Below are positions 55,895 to 64,000 of a stretch of DNA of 64,000 nt, in pieces. Position 1 is the first letter of the stretch. Every line of letters starts with the position of its first letter. Position numbers and translations under genes: made by a program. Location: contig CAVQNT010000004.1 of NCBI GenBank assembly GCA_963714275.1, positions 92,471 to 156,470 of the forward strand, read 5' to 3'. The DNA is from Candidatus Bathyarchaeota archaeon. GTDB lineage: Archaea; Thermoproteota; Bathyarchaeia; Bathyarchaeales; DTEX01. Below the pieces are notes generated by a model that did no database searches, was not told the DNA's origin, and was given only the letters and a program-made list of their open reading frames with translations.

Positions 55895-56830
55895 TCATCC
55901 TATCGTTGTTCTCCAAGCACTATATCCCTTTTTTTCTATAGCATTGGCAATTTTTTCTTGTATGTCCTCATTTTCAGCTAAACCTATTACCAAGCCACCT
56001 CGGCCAGTTCCTGTCAATTTAGCGCCAATCGCCCCATTTTCCAAAGCTATTCCAACTAATTCATCATTGATTTCTCCTGATACCGTAATCTGCTGTAACA
56101 TTTTGTGATTTTGATTCATCAAATTACCGATAGTAGCAATATCTCCCTCAAGCAAAGCCTTTTTTGCTTCTTCTGCCAATTTCTTATATTCACCAAAAAT
56201 CTTTTCGATTATTTCAGGATTTTCTTCTCTTAACCGCCGGACATCAGCGACTACTTCTGTTGTTGAGGCTGTTATTCCTGAATTTGCTAATACTATTAGC
56301 ATCTTTCTTGGTGATTGCAGGAGATCCATTGTATTCTTTCCCGCACCCAAGTTTCTTACAAACCAAATCAAACCGCCGTAAGTGGAGGCTGTATTATCTA
56401 TACCAGAAGGTGTTCCATGGTATGCTTTCTCTCCTTCATAGGCGGCCTCATTTATCTTTTCGTCATCCAAATTAAGATTAAAGGTCTTACTCAAAGCGCG
56501 AGCCAAAGAAGTGCATTGAGCGGCAGAAGCACCAACTCCGCTTGCAGCAATCAAATCACCAGCAAAAGATATTTCAAGTCTTTGATTCTCAATATCCACC
56601 TTCAAATGATTGATTATATTGGCAATTGACTGCATTGCCTCGTCGTATTTCTTTTCTTTGTAACCGGGAGTGGCAGGTCTCTGATCGTTGACAGTCCATC
56701 CGTTTCCTTTGACCACCTTAACATCTGCGGTTGTAAAAGCCCCTAACGCCGATGCGATTGATGGCAGCCTATAGACCACAAAATGCTCTCCGAAAAGGAT
56801 CGTCTTTCCATAACCCTTCCCAGTACCCAC
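55895..56830 (-). CDS. mvk: Mevalonate kinase
   Basis: KTILFGEHFVVY, GVGASAA, HGTPSGID, GAKLTGTGRGG. Confidence 0.92.
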   Translation of the reverse strand: MGTGKGYGKTILFGEHFVVYRLPSIASALGAFTTADVKVVKGNGWTVNDQRPATPGYKEKKYDEAMQSIANIINHLKVDIENQRLEISFAGDLIAASGVGASAAQCTSLARALSKTFNLNLDDEKINEAAYEGEKAYHGTPSGIDNTASTYGGLIWFVRNLGAGKNTMDLLQSPRKMLIVLANSGITASTTEVVADVRRLREENPEIIEKIFGEYKKLAEEAKKALLEGDIATIGNLMNQNHKMLQQITVSGEINDELVGIALENGAIGAKLTGTGRGGLVIGLAENEDIQEKIANAIEKKGYSAWRTTIG

Positions 56831-57220
56831 CTATTTCACCTCCACAGTCCCTTCTGAACCATTGACAATCATTTTTTGTCCAGTCTTAATATTACTAACA
56901 TCAATCTTGTCCACGCATGGAATTTCGCTAATTATACAACCTACTGCTATGATTGTATCGATCTGCTCGTTTACTATTGCTGCTGGAGCTGTGTTGTTTT
57001 TCTTCATCCTATACATTGTATAAGATCCAACTGTAGAACCTTTGCCAGTTGGAAATACTAAAATCTTTCCAGTTACTGATTGCCCTTCAAGTTCGTGCCC
57101 AACCTCAACAACCTTGCCAGTATCAGGGTCAACGCCCCCATAAAATGAAATTCCATCTTTAGTTACAATCGCTTCTCCTTCAGCAATGCCTTTGTAGATT
57201 TTTCGCCCTTTTAGCTTCAT
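56831..57220 (-). CDS. Phosphomevalonate dehydratase small subunit (AcnX swivel, DUF126)
   Basis: ISFYGGVDPDTG, KGSTVGSY. Confidence 0.9.
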   Translation of the reverse strand: MKLKGRKIYKGIAEGEAIVTKDGISFYGGVDPDTGKVVEVGHELEGQSVTGKILVFPTGKGSTVGSYTMYRMKKNNTAPAAIVNEQIDTIIAVGCIISEIPCVDKIDVSNIKTGQKMIVNGSEGTVEVK

Positions 57221-59730
57221 TTTGTCGCCTCCTCGACACATTCTTCGATTGTTCCAATTTTCACTTTGAACTTGTTCGTTGCACGACCATAATAGCATGC
57301 TTTAGCAGAATCTACCATCATGCCCTTGAAGCGTCCTTTAATTGGAGCTACAACGCAGCATGTATCCGCTGCGAATTTTGCTCCAGCATCTTCAATTATT
57401 TTAGAATAACCTGCTTCATCGGCAATTCTCTTTATAGGTCGAGCAGTAGTAATCCAAAACTCCTTCTTAACTTTCTTTCCCTTCAACAAACTCGCGATTC
57501 TTTCTATTTCATTAATTGAAGCGTGAGGACAACCAACACTAACAAAATCTATTTCAAGACCGTCATCAACAAGTTCAGATCTGGCTTTTTCCAGGTCCTC
57601 TTGATCAATCTCAAAAACATTACCACTTGGTTTCGGATATCTATCACACTCAGGAGTGATACCTTCCATGTGGAATAATGCTGTCCCACCATAAGTAGCA
57701 ACAGATGCACAAAACGACTTAAGCTCTTCAACGGTAGCAGAAGGGATTCCTGTAATAAAGGGTATGTTTTTTCCTAATTCAATTAATTTATCACCAATTA
57801 TTTTTCCTAACACGCCAAATTCGTCAGTACCTTTGACTTGAGCGTTTACCTTTATTGAAACTTGACCATGGCGATTTTCGTCTAAATGATAACCGTATTT
57901 AGGTGTTTTTCCAGTTAAAGCTGAAGCCAATGCACTTGGTCCTCCCTCACGATTAGTTCGAGCACCAATAACGGAGTTTGCATAACACACAGCACTACTT
58001 TCGGCCCATGCGATATGTTGTCCAAAATGTGGAACATTCCCAATAAAATATGGCGTGCACGAACATGTAGTAATTATGCCCATTTTGGCAAAGGCATCAA
58101 TAACGCGAATTTGATTCTTGGCAAATTCTTCATTTATTCCTAATACTTGCCAGTTTTCGCGATCCATTCCTGCAGGATTTAAAGTCGTTAAAACTTTAAC
58201 CTTTCCATCTTCAGCCATTTCGCTTAAGAATTCCAGCCCTGCTTCGCCAAGGTTCGCGTAGGAAACCCCAGCTATCTGAACACCATAAACATCAACCATG
58301 CATTCAGCATCAAAAATTTCACCTAATGTGGTCAATATTTCCATGGATTTCTGAGCTGCTTTTCCATGCTTGCCATCCAGCATGTCTTGCTCTTCTGGTG
58401 TTAATTTCATTCTCATCCAATCCTTGTGATAAAGATATTTTTTGGAATCTACTTTTGGAAATTCTACGATGTCAAAACTCTTTCCTTTGACCACGAGTGG
58501 TTTGGTTAAGTCAAACCCGATTTTCGTAGTCATGTTTGTTCCAGGTTCAGCACTAGGATCTAGACTGCTTCCTTGTTCTTTGTCTTTAATAATCATTCGG
58601 ACATCTCCTTGAAAGCGAGTTGCCATTGCCCATTCTACAGATAGAGGATTGTAAATGTCGATATCTTTGTCTACCACAAAAACATGTTTACAACTTCCAT
58701 GTCCGGCGAAACCGCCTTCTATTGCCTTTTTGCCATCTTCTTCTGATTTTTTGTCAATTTGAATGATTGCATGTAACCAAGAACATCCACCAGGACTTAC
58801 GTTTACATCTAGGCACTTCACACCTCTTTCATTTACTTTATTGAAAATTGTGGGTTCCCGAGGCATTCCCATTAATATTTTGTGTTCAAGCGCGCCTGGC
58901 AACAAAGCTTGCCATATTGCATCCTTTCTATGAGTGATTTTTTTAACTTCAAAAACAGGTTCTTCTCGAATCATATCGTACGTTTCCGTTAAATCGACAA
59001 AAGGACCTTCAGCGTGTCTTTCTTTTAAATAAGCACGTCCTTCCAAAACAAATTCTGCTTCAGCAGGAATTAAGAGATCATTTGAATACGCTTTAACAAC
59101 TTTGAAGGGCTCTAATGCGTTTGCTATGTGCAACTCATCAATTCCAATATCTACGGAAGTTGCTCCAGCAATTAGAACGTTGGGCGTATTCCCTATGCAA
59201 AACGCTACATCTAATTCGTCGTTTCTTTCCAAGAATTGGTGAAAATGACGACCTCTAACCACTCTTATCGCAAATTTATCTTTAGAAAACTGCATTGCAC
59301 GGTGAAAATCCACGTTTTGACCGTAATCAGGATCTCTGGTAATAACAACAGCAGAGCTAATATAGTTTCCACCGTCTTTTTCGCAATGGAATAGAATTGG
59401 TAATTTGTCTAAATCTACACTTGATTCGATAACTTCTTGACAAGGAGCTTTAGAAACTTTCTCTGGTTCTGAGCGTTCAGAGATAGCCTTAGAAAGCATT
59501 GGTATAAGATCTGCTGGGGTCACACCGAAATACTCAGCAATTACATCTTTGGTGCAGAACATATTGCCAGCAACCCGAAATTCAGATTCCTTGATATTAT
59601 TGAATATTATTGGGGTTGGCTCAATTTCCTTCAAAATTCCAGAGATCTCTAATTTCTTTGATACCTCGACATCTACTTTTTGAAGAACCCCTTTCTTTTC
59701 GATCTTTTCCAAATATTCTCTGAACCCCAT
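57217..59730 (-). CDS. UbiD-family decarboxylase in frame with AcnX (DUF521) large subunit
   Basis: N-half EGPFVDLT, GGCSWLH, SSLDPS; C-half CSCTPY, AESSAVCYANSVIGARTNREGG, GCPH, DTC, DSAK. Confidence 0.88.
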   Translation of the reverse strand: MGFREYLEKIEKKGVLQKVDVEVSKKLEISGILKEIEPTPIIFNNIKESEFRVAGNMFCTKDVIAEYFGVTPADLIPMLSKAISERSEPEKVSKAPCQEVIESSVDLDKLPILFHCEKDGGNYISSAVVITRDPDYGQNVDFHRAMQFSKDKFAIRVVRGRHFHQFLERNDELDVAFCIGNTPNVLIAGATSVDIGIDELHIANALEPFKVVKAYSNDLLIPAEAEFVLEGRAYLKERHAEGPFVDLTETYDMIREEPVFEVKKITHRKDAIWQALLPGALEHKILMGMPREPTIFNKVNERGVKCLDVNVSPGGCSWLHAIIQIDKKSEEDGKKAIEGGFAGHGSCKHVFVVDKDIDIYNPLSVEWAMATRFQGDVRMIIKDKEQGSSLDPSAEPGTNMTTKIGFDLTKPLVVKGKSFDIVEFPKVDSKKYLYHKDWMRMKLTPEEQDMLDGKHGKAAQKSMEILTTLGEIFDAECMVDVYGVQIAGVSYANLGEAGLEFLSEMAEDGKVKVLTTLNPAGMDRENWQVLGINEEFAKNQIRVIDAFAKMGIITTCSCTPYFIGNVPHFGQHIAWAESSAVCYANSVIGARTNREGGPSALASALTGKTPKYGYHLDENRHGQVSIKVNAQVKGTDEFGVLGKIIGDKLIELGKNIPFITGIPSATVEELKSFCASVATYGGTALFHMEGITPECDRYPKPSGNVFEIDQEDLEKARSELVDDGLEIDFVSVGCPHASINEIERIASLLKGKKVKKEFWITTARPIKRIADEAGYSKIIEDAGAKFAADTCCVVAPIKGRFKGMMVDSAKACYYGRATNKFKVKIGTIEECVEEATK

Positions 59731-60059
59731 AAATTTTCATCTCAGTATTTTCTTTATCATAATACACTGGGTGCACATAAAAAAGTATTGCGTTTTACAA
59801 AGAATTAGATCTATTATCAGTTTGATGTGGCTAGCTAGCTTGCCAGCTTGAGTTTTTGAACCGTTTTCAACTCGCCCGAATTTGTGGGGGTCAAGTTTCT
59901 AGCTAGCTAGCTAACTAGATTGTATTAAGAACTATAGGTTTAGGTTTTGGGTTTTAATTTGAGTCTAATTCTGAAAAACCCTTTTATAATCTAATCAACT
60001 TATGAAGTCGCCCAAAAACAGAAAAGAAAAAAAATAAGACTTAATGGGATGTGAGAACA

Positions 60060-60203
60060 ATGATGAAAGATTCCGTCTGTGGTATGGAATTAAATGAACA
60101 AACAACAAGGTACATGATGAAATTTGAAGGGAAGACTTTTTATTTTTGTTCTCCTAGGTGTATGTCTATGTTTAAAGAAGATCTAAGGAGGTACATAAAA
60201 TGA
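60060..60203 (+). CDS. YHS-domain protein
   Basis: KDSVCGM...GKTFYFCSPRC...F. Confidence 0.8.
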   Translation: MMKDSVCGMELNEQTTRYMMKFEGKTFYFCSPRCMSMFKEDLRRYIK

Positions 60204-61186
60204 ACATGTTGAAACTGCGGACGACTATGGTTGGAACCTTAGCAGTTATGATAGGTTTATCTACATTATTCTTTACAGTTGTCCTCTCCTTGCTTGGAGT
60301 ATTCGATATCTTGTCCTTGGGACTTTTCGTCGTCTTCTTCAATGTTCTTCAGTGGCTCATCGGACCATACCTCATTGAAGCCCTCTACCATGTCAAAAAA
60401 GTGTCAAGAAACGAGGAACCTCAACTACATGAGATTGTTGATCGAATAAGCCAAAAAAGCGGAATAAAGACTCCGCAAGTAATGCTGGCACAAATTCCAT
60501 TACCTAACGCCTTTGCCTACGGTTCACCCCTTACGGGAAGCAAAATCGCCATAACAACGGGGCTAATGAACACTTTAGACTCAGGAGAAGTTGAGGCTGT
60601 GGTTGGCCATGAGCTAGGCCATTTGAGACACCATGATGTCCAGGTTATGATGTTTATCTCGATTCTCCCTGCTTTGTTCTATTATGTCGGCTATTCTTTA
60701 ATGTGGTCATCATTCCTCTATGGTGGAAGAAGTAGCAGAGATAGAGGAAACGGAAGCCTTATTGCGCTAATTGGCTTCGCAAGCATGGCATTTTACTTTG
60801 TTCTAACTTTGTTTTCCCTTTACTTCAGCCGACTTAGAGAATACTATGCTGACAGGCACAGCGCCACAGTTGTAGACAACGGAGCAGAAAAACTTTCAGA
60901 AGGACTCGCTAAGATATCTTACTCAACCCAAAGAACAAAAATGCGTTACCGAAACACAAACAACCTAAGCAGCCTAAACTCCTTCAAGGCCCTTTTCATA
61001 TCAGACCCAGATAGCTCAGGAAAAGACGTTCAAACATTTTCTCAGATAGGTGTGGAGGAGAGCGACAGAGAACTCGTCGCTGCATACCTAAACCGAAAGG
61101 TAACGACAGCCGACAAAATAGCTGAACTCTTCTCAACCCATCCAAACATGGTTGAACGGTTAAAAGCTCTACAGGAGCTAGCATAA
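60200..61186 (+). CDS. htpX: M48 zinc metalloprotease HtpX
   Basis: PNAFAYG, HELGH, SRLREYYAD, FSTHP. Confidence 0.92.
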   Translation: MNMLKLRTTMVGTLAVMIGLSTLFFTVVLSLLGVFDILSLGLFVVFFNVLQWLIGPYLIEALYHVKKVSRNEEPQLHEIVDRISQKSGIKTPQVMLAQIPLPNAFAYGSPLTGSKIAITTGLMNTLDSGEVEAVVGHELGHLRHHDVQVMMFISILPALFYYVGYSLMWSSFLYGGRSSRDRGNGSLIALIGFASMAFYFVLTLFSLYFSRLREYYADRHSATVVDNGAEKLSEGLAKISYSTQRTKMRYRNTNNLSSLNSFKALFISDPDSSGKDVQTFSQIGVEESDRELVAAYLNRKVTTADKIAELFSTHPNMVERLKALQELA

Positions 61187-61269
61187 ATTCGCAGTGGCTC
61201 TTCTTGCAGCACCTAGCTAGCTTAGCTCGATTTTCTCCCATCCACACACTTTGAATAGTAAATTGAATT

Positions 61270-61560
61270 TTAAACTCGGTATGCGGTGAGATTTCTGCTC
61301 TGAGTTTTCGAATCTATTAGTGAGCTTAATAGATTTTTCGCGATGTCACTTCCGATCTGCTCGAATTCCTTCTCTGCGTTTTCCTCAAGTGCAATCATGC
61401 CGCCCACCGTTTTTATTTTGGCGGAAGCTCTGGGTCTCACGATTGTCACTTGGAATTCCTTTAATTTCTTTTCGATGCCTTTTGCTGCACTTCCCGAAAG
61501 GGGGTTCTCGAGCCTAGTGTCGAAGGCAAACCCGTCTTTGCCTTGGACACCGCCTTTCAA
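61270..61560 (-). pseudogene. Flavodoxin-like protein, C-terminal part only
   Basis: FAFDTR...GSAAKGIEKKL; N-terminus missing. Confidence 0.7.
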
Positions 61561-61635
61561 GTCAGGACGGGGAGAAAAAGGGATTGAGTACGAACAAGGG
61601 GTCTAGCAACATGTGTTTCGCATAGTCTCTGGCAT

Positions 61636-62521
61636 GTGGCTGATACGCTGGGGAAGGACAGTTCTTCCTTGTGGTGGAAAGCAATAAGTCAACAGCGACC
61701 TGACATGGCAAAAACCATCCCTGCCGTACATAGTAAGAGCCGCTCTGTCTTGGGAAGCGGTGAGAAGGTCGTGGCGACTGAACTGGCTGAAGCCCGTAGA
61801 TGGTTACTCAAAGAATATTCACGACAAGCTCTTGGATTAGAGATGGAGTCATACGGAGTATTAACCGCCTGCAATATTATGGATATACCTTTTCTAGTAG
61901 TAAAAGCTTCACAGGACCCAGCAACCAGTCATAAAGATGAAGCAGGCGAGAAGGACAGTTGGCGTACTTATGCCGCTCAAGCTGCAGCAGCATTCACAGT
62001 AGCGCTCATCCGACGCTTTGAGCTAGATTACAATGCACTAATTCTTGAGCATATGAGAGAGGTCAAAAGCATTGCTCAAGTATTTGAGCGGGATGCGCCG
62101 AGACCATTGTTTACCTACAAGGTAAGCCGGGCACAAACTTATTCACAACTGAAAGCGGGTGCCTTTGATTTTATATCTCAAGATCCAAGTGTACTTATTC
62201 CCAATGATGCCCTCCCGGCGATAGCTTTACATGGTGGTGGAGGCACAGGTAAAACAAGGATTGTCCATTCTCTGTTAGCTCAAGTCATTGATGTCGGACT
62301 CCACCCTGTGCTCCTCGATTTCAGGAAATACTCATTAGAAAGTGAGCAAGGTCAGAAGATCGAAGATAAGGACGTTCTTATTCAAGAGATAATACTGGCG
62401 GCCAGCGTCCCCCGAAGGATGCCCAAAGAGATTGAGCGCTTGGCACAAGAAGGACGCTTAGTTGTTATAATTGATGGGCTAAATGAGGTAGCCAGAGAAG
62501 TGCGTTCGGCCCTCGTCGGTT
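61636..62521 (+). pseudogene. MTA/SAH nucleosidase (PNP-like) domain plus NACHT-like P-loop NTPase, truncated
   Basis: GSGEKVVA, LEMESYG, VKASQD; GGGGTGKT Walker A; LVVIIDGLNE Walker B. Confidence 0.75.
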
Positions 62522-63600
62522 ATGCGGGCACTGCGTATGCGGGGCACGCTGCTCCTGGATCGAACCAACGCCTTTTTCCTGGGGGGCGGCAAGGCGCTGA
62601 TGAACGCCTATTACGCTTTCGCCGAACGAAGGGGAGTTCATGTTCTATATGAGGCTACCGTTCAGGATCTCGAGATCAATGGCGGACGTTTCGTTTCGGC
62701 CGTATTTGATCATCGGGGCGTCTCATTCGCTACCCGGGCCCGGGCCGTGGTGCTGGCTTCCGGCGGTTATCAGGCCGATCTGGAATGGCTGAAGGATTCC
62801 TGGGGGCCGCCGGCGGATAACTTCATCATCCGGGGCACTCCCTACAACAAGGGCCGCCTGCTGCGGGTGATGCTGGACAATGGGGCGAACCATCGGAGAC
62901 CCTCGTCAGGGCCATGCCGTGGCCATAGACGCCAGGGCGCCCAAATTTGACGGGGGATCGTCACCCGTTTGGATTGTGTGCCTTTCGGGATCGTCGTGAA
63001 CCAAGACGGCAAACGCTTCTACGACGAAGGGGAGGAGTTTTGGCCGAAACGCTATGCTATCTGGGGCCGGCTCGTGCCCAGCAGCCGGATCAGATCGCCT
63101 ATTGTCTCATCGACTCCAAATCGCTCGATCTGTTTATGCCCTCAGTGTTTCCGCCGATCGAAGCCGCCTCCATCCGCCAGATGGCGGATAGACTGAAATT
63201 GGATCCGGTCGGGCTCGAAGAAACTGTAAATGCGTTTAATACCGCCATAAGGCCGGGTGCGTTTGATCCGGCCGCACTGGATAGCTGTACGACGGAAGGA
63301 CTTGAGCTGCGCAAGAGCCACTGGGCACGACGACTGGAAACCCCACCATTCTACGCCTATCCCTTGCGCCCCGGGATCACCTTCACCTACCTGAGCCTCA
63401 CCGTTAACCGTTGGGCGCAAGTTATCAGGCACGACGGCAGACCGGCAGCGAACATCTTCGCTGCTGGTGAGATCATGTCAGGGAATATCCTGGGGCAGGG
63501 ATATATGGCCGGGTTCGGGATGACCATAGGTACGGTCTTCGGCCGGATTGCAGGAAAGGAGTCGGCAGGTTATGTCGTCGGCAGTCCTAAAAGAAGCTGA
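62522..63600 (+). CDS. tcuA: FAD-dependent tricarballylate dehydrogenase, 5'-truncated and frameshifted
   Basis: RTNAFFLGGGKALMNAYY, GKRFYDEGE, LRPGITFTY, GNILGQGYMAGFGMTIGTVFGRIAG. Confidence 0.85.
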
Positions 63601-64000
63601 TCGGGTGATGAGGATCTGCAACGCCTGCCGCTATTGTGAGGGATTTTGTGCGCTGTTCCCGGCCATGGAACTGAGAAGGACATTCTCCGGACAGGACCTT
63701 AAGTATCTGGCCAACCTGTGCCACGACTGCCGCGGTTGCTATTATGCCTGTCAGTATGCCCCGCCACATGAGTTCGCCTTGAACCTGCCGAAAGCCTTGG
63801 GTGATCTCCGGCTGGAGACCTATCGGGAATTCAGTTGGCCCTCGGCGCTGAAAGGGCTGTTTCAGAACAACGGCCTGCTGGTGGCCCTGATCACGGCGCT
63901 GAACGTCGCCACGGTCATGCTGCTGACGCTGCTCTTCAAGGGGCATGCGGCGTTTTTCGGGACCGATACCGGCGCCGGGGCCTTTTACCGAGTGGTCCCC
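63572..64000 (+). CDS. tcuB: Tricarballylate utilization 4Fe-4S protein (runs off the window)
   Basis: ICNACRYCEGFC, ANLCHDCRGCYYACQYAPPHEF. Confidence 0.88.
   Translation, partial: MSSAVLKEADRVMRICNACRYCEGFCALFPAMELRRTFSGQDLKYLANLCHDCRGCYYACQYAPPHEFALNLPKALGDLRLETYREFSWPSALKGLFQNNGLLVALITALNVATVMLLTLLFKGHAAFFGTDTGAGAFYRVVP

Noticed and set aside
1241-61327. Junction motifs as restriction-ligation library artifacts (many contain AGCT or CTAG)
   Set aside because: Most genes between junctions are intact and contain internal AGCT sites, which random ligation would not give. Not fully excluded without reads.
1-61500. Classical integron (IntI plus attC)
   Set aside because: No tyrosine recombinase ORF or attC-like hairpins were recognised, and the genes lie in mixed orientations.
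63587-63946. Minus-strand 119-aa ORF
   Set aside because: Antisense to tcuB, which has clear Fe-S motifs.
1-64000. Canonical CRISPR array or other cas genes
   Set aside because: I saw no regularly spaced 25-45-bp repeats and recognised no cas2, cas4 or effector genes.

Overview
Archaeal DNA to about 61.5 kb (Bathyarchaeia-like by gene content; this is inference). It has many frameshifts, probably long-read indels. The centre of interest is a 6.06-kb Cas1-solo, casposon-like element (6644-12703) with perfect 118-bp terminal inverted repeats and an exact 15-bp flanking direct repeat, GATTAAATTTTAATC. It has no PolB, Cas2 or CRISPR array, but carries a possible small AEP primase-like gene. The same pseudo-palindromic core recurs, degenerate, at about 8 more sites up to 54 kb, usually with G-rich-in/C-rich-out TIR-like arms. 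Between them the DNA is a patchwork of mostly single-gene units and 40-150-bp gene scraps, joined by about 40 short TAG-N4-6-CTA motifs. The scraps include two divergent cas1 3' ends, a 46-bp piece of a DUF89 gene and a duplicated promoter-like module. Together this suggests a Cas1-linked gene-capture region that is integron-like or CRISPR-like; this is a hypothesis. Other content: a membrane pyrophosphatase, a P-type ATPase, ABC transporters, an archaeal mevalonate operon with a UbiD-AcnX fused ORF, and HtpX. The last 2.4 kb (nucleosidase-NTPase fragment, then GC-rich tcuAB) looks foreign or chimeric.
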